DNA of 64,000 nt from an uncultured candidate division Zixibacteria bacterium. Its GTDB lineage: Bacteria; Zixibacteria; MSB-5A5; UBA10806. Shown piece by piece: positions 29,773 through 38,297 of this stretch. Position numbers and translations under genes: made by a program. Every line of letters begins with the position of its first letter. Within the stretch, counting starts at the first letter, position 1. Where the stretch lies: assembly GCA_963817915.1 (NCBI GenBank), contig CAWFQL010000012.1, positions 352,001 through 416,000 of the forward strand, read 5' to 3'. Below the pieces are notes generated by a model that did not search any database, was not told the DNA's origin, and saw only the letters and a program-made list of their open reading frames with translations.

Positions 29773-31134
29773 ATGTTAACTGGGAAGCAATTAAAAATTA
29801 GAGCAGGACTGAATTTGTCCAGGCCGGTAATTCTGATCATGTCAATTGTCGCAGGCATTATCGTGTACGGTTGTGGAAAAGATAAAATAATAACGCGGGA
29901 ATATATCCATGGTCCGAGTCCGGTATCACTTATTACTCCGGCTCCGGATTCATTTGTAACGGTTGATAATCCCACATTTACGTGGCATAAATCTTCAACT
30001 GGCGTTCGCTATCAACTCCAGGTTTCTAGAACTACGGATTTTTTGATAAGATCTATAAATGTTCAAATTGCCGAAACCACTTATACGACTATTTCGCCTC
30101 TTTCCAACGCGACCCATTATTGGAGAGTGCGAGCTCAGGACCAGGATAGCTTGTGGGGTGATTGGTCGGATGCCGAAATCAGAACAATTTTTAAGAGCAA
30201 TTATGTAAATTATGTTAGACCAACTTCCCAAATTCAGACCCGAGGCATTGCACAAGACGTATACCTCAGAAATGATACTGCCTATGTTGCCGACGGCCAA
30301 TCCGAGCTGACACTGGTTAACGTCATGGATCCTTATAATCCATATATAATTCGAAATATTGATACGCGCGCCGACGATTTTGCCCAGGGAGTTTATGTTT
30401 CTCCTACCGATACATTCCCTTACGCGTATGTGGCTGATATGGATGGCAAAGTTCAGGTTATCAATATACCCGATACCACTGGAATTCTGGATTCGATTAT
30501 TGGCGGCGATCAAAATTTAGAGGACCTCACCGGCAAAATGATCAATGATACTTTATGGATAATAACTGTTCATTCAGGCATGGGCCATTGCCGAGTTAGC
30601 TTCTATCAGGTGGTTTATAGTCCGTTGCCCGGACAGTTGTTCTTCAATTATATAGACCTGCCTGCCGATGGTATGGGAGTTGCGGTCGATTCCCAATACG
30701 CATACGTCGCCTGCGGGGAGGCCGGGCTGAAAATTGTAGATATTACGGATATTTATAATGCCAGCCTCGTTTCCGGTCTGGACCTGCCCGGTACTTCGTT
30801 ATCAGTCTATGTCAATGGCAATTATGCTTATGTGGCCGCAGATAGAGCGGGGCTTTTCGTAATAGATATCACCGATCGTCATAATCCAGTCTTAAAGGCC
30901 CAGGTTACCACGACCGGACGATCAAAGGATGTTCAAGTTGTTGGCAATTACGCATTCGTGGCGGATGCTGATGGCGGTTTGAAAGTTGCCGATGTAAGTA
31001 TCCCCGATTCGGCGCATTTCGTGACTAACTACGTTACTCCATACGCGTATGGAATATACGCAAATTCCAATTATGTTTATCTCTGTGACAGAGACCTGGG
31101 ATTGTTGATTTTTGAAAATGTAGCATTTAAATAA
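29773..31134 (+). CDS. Lipoprotein with Fn3-like domain and LVIVD repeats
   Basis: Lipobox-like VYGC; PTFTW...YQLQV...YWRVRA; repeated YAYVA...GL.I.DI motifs; GGAGG RBS. Confidence 0.8.
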   Translation: MLTGKQLKIRAGLNLSRPVILIMSIVAGIIVYGCGKDKIITREYIHGPSPVSLITPAPDSFVTVDNPTFTWHKSSTGVRYQLQVSRTTDFLIRSINVQIAETTYTTISPLSNATHYWRVRAQDQDSLWGDWSDAEIRTIFKSNYVNYVRPTSQIQTRGIAQDVYLRNDTAYVADGQSELTLVNVMDPYNPYIIRNIDTRADDFAQGVYVSPTDTFPYAYVADMDGKVQVINIPDTTGILDSIIGGDQNLEDLTGKMINDTLWIITVHSGMGHCRVSFYQVVYSPLPGQLFFNYIDLPADGMGVAVDSQYAYVACGEAGLKIVDITDIYNASLVSGLDLPGTSLSVYVNGNYAYVAADRAGLFVIDITDRHNPVLKAQVTTTGRSKDVQVVGNYAFVADADGGLKVADVSIPDSAHFVTNYVTPYAYGIYANSNYVYLCDRDLGLLIFENVAFK

Positions 31135-31183
31135 ATCCCTGGAGATTTTTTTAGGTTCATTCAATGAACCAATCGGAGGAAGT

Positions 31184-34100
31184 ATGCTTTTCAAGCTAAG
31201 GGCGACAACTGTAGTGCTGGTGATATTTTTGGCGACTTCAGTGCTTTCGATGGGGGCGGAATCTGTTAATATCATTTCCGATCTTGGCCAGGAAACGACC
31301 GGAATCAATGTAGTGCAGAATAATTCATCAGATGCCAATGTAAGCATCAATGTGCGAACTGCCTCAGTCACTCCGGTAAATCTCAACGGCAAAGAATATA
31401 AAGAAATCAAACTACCGGAAGGCGATCACCTTTTCGCCAGCGAAACCACCGAAGAGGGAAAACCCTCAATTCCCGCCCTGACCACACTATTGGCAATTGC
31501 CGATCAGGCTGGCGTACAACTCTCTGTTAGCTATTCAGGCTACGATATTATTGACAATATCGAATTAGCCCCGGTTCAGCCTTCTCCGTCCGATTCCGAT
31601 CCAGCACCGGTACCTTTTACAAAAGACGAATCTTTCTACAATACCGACACTTTTTATCCAGGCGACCTGGCGAAAGCTGATGATCCTGTCATAATGCGCG
31701 ATATCAGGATGGTTTCGATTACTATGTATCCCGTGCAATATAATCCGTTGCGCAAACAGCTAAGAATTTATCGCGATCTTTCTGTGAGTGTTACCGATGG
31801 CGGAGAAGTCATTAATCCCAAGACTACCCACAACAGATATCTTTCAGACGGTTTTTATCCTATTTATAAATCAATGATCGCCAATTTCGATCAGGTTTTT
31901 TCAAGCGAGGAATCACAGCGCGGCGGATATTTGATAATTACCAAGCCGGTTTTCGCGGATTCATTGAAAAATCTGGCTTTGTGGAAACGGAAAAAAGGAT
32001 ACACAGTCAAGTTAGTTCAGACCACGGAAATCAATTCCAACGGTACGCCTACAACTTCTCAAGTGCGCAGCTTTATTCAAAACGCATACAATACATGGGA
32101 AACACCGCCTGAATATGTAATGATTGTTGGCGATAAAGACCAAACGCAAAGCACGGGGATAGTTGACGCACCCTATACGCGCTCGCCATATACTTACGCG
32201 TCCGACAATGACTACGCATGTGTCGATGGCGTCGATTATATCCCCGATATCTTTGTGGCACGTCTTTCGGTAGATAATCCGTCTCAATTGAGAATCGCGG
32301 TTTCTAAAATATTGACTTATGAAAATCATCCGTTCATGGGAGATCCCAGCTATTGGCTGAGAGGGCTCTCTATCGCCGGTAACGTCAATGCCTCCAGCCC
32401 CAGGACTACAGTGCTTTGGGTTCGTCAGCTTCTCTTACAGCATGGATTTACTCAGGTAGATACATCCTTCCGCTACTCCAGTATGGAAGTTGATCCGCTG
32501 CTTCAAGGATATTTCGAGCAAGGTAATTCGATTGTCAGCTATCGCGGCTGGGCCGGATCATCTGGCTGGTATGCCCCTTATTATCAAATTTCAGATTTAA
32601 ACCGGCTTCATAACAATCAAAAAATAGGCGTCATGGCCTCATTGGTATGTGGAACGGGGGATTTTAACGATGAATGCTTCGGGGAATCCTGGATTCGAAT
32701 GGGTTACTCTCCCGATAGCCTCAAGGGCGGACCGGCCTTCTACGGTGTAAGCGATCACGACACTCATACAAAATGGAATAACCCAATAATGGTGGGATAC
32801 TATTTCGGCATTTTCAATGAGGGGGTATATCATTTTGCGGCCGCCGCGGTGAGGGGAAAATTGCAGCAATACAGGACATTCCCTAACAACCGTGGTGTCG
32901 GTGACTGGATCGATTTATATTTTCATACTTACAATATGCTCGGCGATCCCGAGCTCGAAATGCGCACGGCAGTGCCGATTCCAATCAGAGTCACATATCC
33001 CGATACCTTAGGATTCGGAATCAACCATATCGAGGCGGATGTCGTAGATACTCTTGGCAATCCAATATCCAATGCTTACGTGACATTGCTGAAGATCAAT
33101 GGTAATGTCGAAGAAGTTTTCAAATTAGGTAAAACCGATGAAAGCGGGCATGTGGCCCTGCCGTTTGACTCTCCAAGTATAGGACCGATGTATATTACTG
33201 TTTCAGGCAGGAATCTCTACCCATTTCAGGGCCTGGTGCAGATTATCAGCGACGATATCGCGGTCGGATTCGATTCTTTGACAATCGATGATGACAATGA
33301 TGGGTTCTCACATGGAAATGGTGATTCTTTTGCCAATCCGGGGGAAACTATCGAATTAGGCACTTATCTCAAGAATTTCGGCAATACGATTACAGCGGTT
33401 AATGTTAACGCGACACTTGAGTCTTTCGATAACAATCTCGCGGAAGTACTGGACGGCAATCGGAATTATGGCGATATCGCCCCCGGTCAGAGCGTTCTAA
33501 GTACATCGCCGTTTGTAATACATATAAAAAATACCGCGGGCCAAAATGATGTTGCCAGGGTAAAGGTTAACGCGACTGATGCGAATAACGATTCATGGTA
33601 CTCGGTCATCGAAATCCCGATTAATGCCCCCAAATACAATGTTACGTCGATAGCATTCCCCGGTGGAAATGGCCGTCTCGACCCGGGCGAAACAGTTCAG
33701 ATGGTTTTGACATTGACAAACTACGGCTCGGTCAACGCTACAGGAGTAACCGGTACACTCACCACCGAAGATGATTATACGACAATCACAAGCGCCAATT
33801 GCTCATTTGGAGATATCGCCATTAATGGCTCTGGATCCAATACCGCCACTCCAATTGAATTGACATCCGAATCAGGCACGTTTAACGGACGCACTGTCAA
33901 TTTGGTCCTTCATGCCACTTCGATGGATGGATCGACATCAGAAGTTCCTTTTTCTATAACGGTCGGCGCCGTAGCCAGTACCGACCCTATTGGTCCCGAT
34001 ACCCACGGATATTATATGTACGACAATACCGATGCCGGCTATGCGCCCGTTCCAACATATCAATGGGTAGAAATAAATCCCAATGCCGGAGGGCATGGAT

Positions 34101-35533
34101 CGAGGGTAGTTTTTGATGGTGGCAATTATGATGACAATACGCAAATAGTCACACTTCCATTTGATTTCATCTATTATGGCGTACCGTACAGATATCTGGC
34201 AATTTGCACGAACGGGTTTGTTGCCGTGGATACCGCGGAATACGATATGGCCCATCATCATTGGAATAATTTCTTCAACTGGCCGATACCCGATCCCGGT
34301 AATGCTCGCGGCCAGATTTCGCCATTCTGGGATGACCTATCGTTTACAGGCAGCAATTATGGGGTATATACGTGGTACGATACGGCTAACGCAAACTACT
34401 ATGTCGAATGGTATCATGTAAACCAGCGAAATACATCTGCCGTCGAAACATTCCAAATGATCATTACGGATGCTGCATTCCATACTACTATTACGGGTGA
34501 TGCCGAAATTACTTATCAATACAATACTATTCTAAATAATGATGTTTCCGAAAATTACGCTACTGTCGGTTTTGAAAGCTGGGATGAGCTGACTGGACTG
34601 CAATATACAGATGATAATATTTACACTCCCGGGGCTCCGCCTTTGGCCGCGGGACTCGCGATTAAAATTACTACCAATACCGGTCGTGGCGGAATAGTCG
34701 GGTCTGTTAATCTCAATAACGGCGGCAACAATCAGAACGTCAATGTCAGAACATCGGATGGCGAGCATAGATTGACCGCTCGCGATGGAAGCTATTGGCT
34801 CAGAAATGTCCCTCCGGGCATAGTCAGTGTAACTGCGGAGGCCAATGGATATCTGCCATCGACTATCGATAGCATTACTGTTGCGCAGAATGTGACTGTC
34901 AAAGAAGTTAATTTCAATTTGACACTTTGTCCGACGCCATCCGCGGTAATAGCATCGGAAGGTCTCGGAGACAGGATTGAAATCAACTGGACATTTAGCG
35001 GCCATTCTGATTTTGCGGGATATAATGTCTATCGCGGAAGCTGGGAGAACGGCCAATACACCAAACTGAATTCACAACCGATATCCACCACAAGCTTTAC
35101 CGATAATGTTGTTCCCGATAGCAATGTCTATTGGTACTATGTCACCGCGACCTATGCCGGACAGGGCTGGACCGCTGAATCGTTTGCTTCGAATAGGGAT
35201 TCAGGGTCGCTGGCACGCATTACCGGAATCGACGATAAACTTGCTCAGATTCCGACACAATTTTCGCTCTCTCAGAATTACCCCAATCCATTCAACCCCA
35301 CTACCACGATTTCCTATGGTTTACCGAAAACCGCTAAAGTCAAAATCGATGTCTTCAATCTAATGGGGCAGAAGGTGCGCACCTTGGTGAATGAACAGCA
35401 GGGGGCAGGTTATAAGACAATCGTTTGGGATGGCAATGACAACTCGGGCAATTCGGTCAGCTCGGGTGTATATTTCTACCGCATCGATGCCGGCGATTAC
35501 AACGCTGTTCATAAGATGATGATGCTGAAGTAA
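31184..35533 (+). CDS. Gingipain-like C25 family protein with propeptide, Fn3-like domain and T9SS-like CTD
   Basis: SDNDY, PDIFVARLS, VSYRGWAG, SLVCGTGDF, FGESW, YNMLGDPE, GPD.HGYY, GYNVYR, QNYPNPFNP. Confidence 0.85.
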   Translation: MLFKLRATTVVLVIFLATSVLSMGAESVNIISDLGQETTGINVVQNNSSDANVSINVRTASVTPVNLNGKEYKEIKLPEGDHLFASETTEEGKPSIPALTTLLAIADQAGVQLSVSYSGYDIIDNIELAPVQPSPSDSDPAPVPFTKDESFYNTDTFYPGDLAKADDPVIMRDIRMVSITMYPVQYNPLRKQLRIYRDLSVSVTDGGEVINPKTTHNRYLSDGFYPIYKSMIANFDQVFSSEESQRGGYLIITKPVFADSLKNLALWKRKKGYTVKLVQTTEINSNGTPTTSQVRSFIQNAYNTWETPPEYVMIVGDKDQTQSTGIVDAPYTRSPYTYASDNDYACVDGVDYIPDIFVARLSVDNPSQLRIAVSKILTYENHPFMGDPSYWLRGLSIAGNVNASSPRTTVLWVRQLLLQHGFTQVDTSFRYSSMEVDPLLQGYFEQGNSIVSYRGWAGSSGWYAPYYQISDLNRLHNNQKIGVMASLVCGTGDFNDECFGESWIRMGYSPDSLKGGPAFYGVSDHDTHTKWNNPIMVGYYFGIFNEGVYHFAAAAVRGKLQQYRTFPNNRGVGDWIDLYFHTYNMLGDPELEMRTAVPIPIRVTYPDTLGFGINHIEADVVDTLGNPISNAYVTLLKINGNVEEVFKLGKTDESGHVALPFDSPSIGPMYITVSGRNLYPFQGLVQIISDDIAVGFDSLTIDDDNDGFSHGNGDSFANPGETIELGTYLKNFGNTITAVNVNATLESFDNNLAEVLDGNRNYGDIAPGQSVLSTSPFVIHIKNTAGQNDVARVKVNATDANNDSWYSVIEIPINAPKYNVTSIAFPGGNGRLDPGETVQMVLTLTNYGSVNATGVTGTLTTEDDYTTITSANCSFGDIAINGSGSNTATPIELTSESGTFNGRTVNLVLHATSMDGSTSEVPFSITVGAVASTDPIGPDTHGYYMYDNTDAGYAPVPTYQWVEINPNAGGHGSRVVFDGGNYDDNTQIVTLPFDFIYYGVPYRYLAICTNGFVAVDTAEYDMAHHHWNNFFNWPIPDPGNARGQISPFWDDLSFTGSNYGVYTWYDTANANYYVEWYHVNQRNTSAVETFQMIITDAAFHTTITGDAEITYQYNTILNNDVSENYATVGFESWDELTGLQYTDDNIYTPGAPPLAAGLAIKITTNTGRGGIVGSVNLNNGGNNQNVNVRTSDGEHRLTARDGSYWLRNVPPGIVSVTAEANGYLPSTIDSITVAQNVTVKEVNFNLTLCPTPSAVIASEGLGDRIEINWTFSGHSDFAGYNVYRGSWENGQYTKLNSQPISTTSFTDNVVPDSNVYWYYVTATYAGQGWTAESFASNRDSGSLARITGIDDKLAQIPTQFSLSQNYPNPFNPTTTISYGLPKTAKVKIDVFNLMGQKVRTLVNEQQGAGYKTIVWDGNDNSGNSVSSGVYFYRIDAGDYNAVHKMMMLK

Positions 35534-35556
35534 GTCTCGAATCCAATTTGAATACG

Positions 35557-35585
35557 AAAGCCCCGACAATCGCCGGGGCTTTTTT
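35557..35585 (+). terminator. Rho-independent terminator
   Basis: AAAGCCCCG-ACAATCGC-CGGGGCTTTTTT after the C25 gene. Confidence 0.85.
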
Positions 35586-35596
35586 ATATCTTGCTC

Positions 35597-35663
35597 GTGT
35601 CGTCGGGTCTCCGCACCCGAAGACGACTATCGCGATGCGGCAGGTACGGAGACCTGCCGCCAC
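35597..35663. repeat. Inverted pair of REP-like palindromes (REPIN/BIME-like doublet)
   Basis: Plus strand GTGT-CGTCGGG-TCTCCGCA-CCCGA and minus strand GTG-GCGGCAGG-TCTCCGTA-CCTGCCGC share the core GGTCTCCGYACC. Confidence 0.55.
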
Positions 35664-35671
35664 GGATTATT

Positions 35672-37171
35672 CTATTTTAACAGCACTATTGATTTTGTCT
35701 CGGAAAATCCGTCGGCCTTCAGACGATAAAAATACACGCCGGAGCTGACGCCGTCCGCCTTGAAATGAACCGAATGCTGACCGGCAGGCTTAACCTCGTC
35801 GACGAGCGACGCTACGCGCTGGCCGAGAAGATTGAAGACTTCCAGCCTGACTTGCGATTGATTTGGCAATGAGAATGATATCACGCATTCGGAGTTAAAC
35901 GGGTTTGGGTAGGCGTTATTGAGCGAGAACTGCCCGGGAAGCGGCGCGGATGACGACACCACTGGCTTCACGAAGCTCAGGCCCTGGAATCCCAACGGCG
36001 GCTTGGTAGTGGAGGAGCCGTTGGATATGATAAATGACCGCAGGCCTGATTGACGGCCATATAATTCTAATATCAAGGCTTCGCATTGACCGTAATAGGT
36101 ATCGAGAATGATATTTGTCGGATAATATAATGCGTTGGGATCGTTTGCCGGGGCGCCGAATGACGGGTCGATATACCACATCATTGGGCCGAAAATACCG
36201 ATTGTACCGGTCCCATAATTGACAGCGTAAATCCTGCCGTAATCATCCTCGGCAACGCCGCCCGGCTGTCGAATGCGATTACCCCAGGCATAATCGTATT
36301 GATCGGCGAATGAGGGGCTGGTGTTTGTCTCGGCTCTCATAAAGAAGAGAGTGCCTATTGTCGCGTCGGCGATATAAATGGCCGATGAGCCCGAAATCGA
36401 ATCCGGGAAGCAGCTGACCGCAATAGGGTTTTGCAGAGTCCAGATGACATGCTGCTCATAGCCGGGATGGCCTATTTTATTCCATGAGCCCTCAAAAATA
36501 CCGCTGATGCTGAACCGTGAAAGCTTGCCCGTGTCTTTTATATGACCCATATCAACCACGTAAAGATCGGCCGTATTTTGATTGGCGTCGCCATAGGCAC
36601 TGATAGCCACATCTACGGGCCATTCCAGGACACCCTGGCCAATGGAACGGACGAAGCGAATTTCTCCGCCGCTCAAATTGGGCTGGTACGATAATTCGAG
36701 TATCCTGTCATTCCCCCGGTCGCAGAGGTAGATGACATCAAAATTCGGGTCGAACAAGCGGTTGATGGCGTTGGTAGCTATTCCAGAGGGGGATCGCAGC
36801 CCGCCGCAGTCTTCGCCCTTATAGGTTGTAATAGATTCCAGAGTGCGCTCTCCAGTCAGGCCGGGCGCGCTGCATTGCCATAAAGTCAGCCTCTGCATGC
36901 CGATATCCGATATGACAAATACATCCTTCGGCTCGCCATTGACGACTACATGCAATACCACGGCATCGAATGGCGCGATGAAGAGGCTGGCGGCCGAGTC
37001 GGTCCACAGCAGAGCGAAATCGACATTCATCTCCGGGATATTCGGCAGAAGCAGAAAGTTCTTCTGCTCGAATGAAGTCTCGGGCGGCCAGATGGCCGGC
37101 CTGGCCGATAGCGATGCCGCGCCTAATACTATGATCGAAAATATCGAAAATAATATCTTTGCCTTTCGCAT
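35672..37171 (-). CDS. Secreted NHL-like beta-propeller protein with T9SS-like CTD
   Basis: Signal peptide; L..P.GIA, IYLCDRGNDRI, WPVDVAI, IYIAD, PGGVA.DD.GRIY; NAYPNPFN...SGVYFYRL. GGAGG RBS before 37171. Confidence 0.7.
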   Translation of the reverse strand: MRKAKILFSIFSIIVLGAASLSARPAIWPPETSFEQKNFLLLPNIPEMNVDFALLWTDSAASLFIAPFDAVVLHVVVNGEPKDVFVISDIGMQRLTLWQCSAPGLTGERTLESITTYKGEDCGGLRSPSGIATNAINRLFDPNFDVIYLCDRGNDRILELSYQPNLSGGEIRFVRSIGQGVLEWPVDVAISAYGDANQNTADLYVVDMGHIKDTGKLSRFSISGIFEGSWNKIGHPGYEQHVIWTLQNPIAVSCFPDSISGSSAIYIADATIGTLFFMRAETNTSPSFADQYDYAWGNRIRQPGGVAEDDYGRIYAVNYGTGTIGIFGPMMWYIDPSFGAPANDPNALYYPTNIILDTYYGQCEALILELYGRQSGLRSFIISNGSSTTKPPLGFQGLSFVKPVVSSSAPLPGQFSLNNAYPNPFNSECVISFSLPNQSQVRLEVFNLLGQRVASLVDEVKPAGQHSVHFKADGVSSGVYFYRLKADGFSETKSIVLLK

Positions 37172-37185
37172 AAGAGCCTCCATTA

Positions 37186-38289
37186 TTATCGAGTGACTTC
37201 CTGCAATTGAAATGTTCGCGCTACCCGATTGTTGCGGTAGTCCACCGCTATCTGATTATGAGAACCGTCTCCCGTTTTTAAATACAGGTTGCCATCATCG
37301 CGAAATACTGGAAAATTAAATGAAGTACCAACCTGTATTTTGCCGAGCATTACACCTGTCGATACTGAATATCTTTGTATTATCCCTCTGTCTGGTGACA
37401 ACGCCAATATTTCATCGCCTGCTGGACTTAATTTATAAAAGGCTTCACCGGACGCATCAACATTAATAAATTTAGAAGCTAATTGACCCGTATGTCCGTC
37501 TATAAGAAACGCATATGACCCCGGTGATATGTTAAGGGAATTATCTATTTTAGTTCCTTGAAGCAAAAGATTATAATCAACGGCATCGAAGAGCTTTTTA
37601 TCACCCTTCCACCCAAGATCGTATATAAGTAAAGTATCCTCAGGGGTTAGGTCAGGTAGCGAGCAAGGAATTATCGCATCCGCCTTCTCGTCTATATTGG
37701 CGTCTATGTTAAATAATACTTTATTGTCATTAGTGACTATCGGCCAATAATTTGAGCGGCCGCATGACAATATAAATCCGACCTTTTGAGAGATTAATTC
37801 CAGTGTTATTCCATTCAATACTACGGTTTTATATTGGTTTTCTGACCACCCGAGACTATCATGTGGCATAAATCGAAAATGAATTATGATGAAAGCTGAT
37901 CCGGGGGAAATAACCATGTCTGCGCCCCCCCCACTATAGTTTGCGAAGGGCAAATCAAACAAGCGCCTCGTGGCAAGCTCATAGACACGAGTGAAAATAG
38001 GAGATCTTGTCAATGATTCTTGGAAAAATATTCTTCCATTAACTGGATCATATACAACGTTCTCGATGCCACGGGAAATAGTGTAATTGGATTTTGAAAA
38101 ATCAATTGAATCCGCGATTTCAATGTTGCCTGAAGACCAATCAATCTTGTGAATTTCGCCTATATAGGTATCCGGATATAGATAGTAATCAATGATTGGC
38201 CCTGGCTGCTTCGAGGCTCCCAAATCAAACATAATAATCAGCTCTAACATTATTATTGAAGCTATTTTGATTAATTTGAAAATCGTCAT
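37186..38289 (-). CDS. Hypothetical exported protein, probably beta-propeller-rich
   Basis: 367-aa ORF, GGAGG RBS, hydrophobic N-terminus, YDP..GRIF and LSP.GDEI repeat-like motifs. Confidence 0.6.
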   Translation of the reverse strand: MTIFKLIKIASIIMLELIIMFDLGASKQPGPIIDYYLYPDTYIGEIHKIDWSSGNIEIADSIDFSKSNYTISRGIENVVYDPVNGRIFFQESLTRSPIFTRVYELATRRLFDLPFANYSGGGADMVISPGSAFIIIHFRFMPHDSLGWSENQYKTVVLNGITLELISQKVGFILSCGRSNYWPIVTNDNKVLFNIDANIDEKADAIIPCSLPDLTPEDTLLIYDLGWKGDKKLFDAVDYNLLLQGTKIDNSLNISPGSYAFLIDGHTGQLASKFINVDASGEAFYKLSPAGDEILALSPDRGIIQRYSVSTGVMLGKIQVGTSFNFPVFRDDGNLYLKTGDGSHNQIAVDYRNNRVARTFQLQEVTR

Positions 38290-38297
38290 TATTCCTC

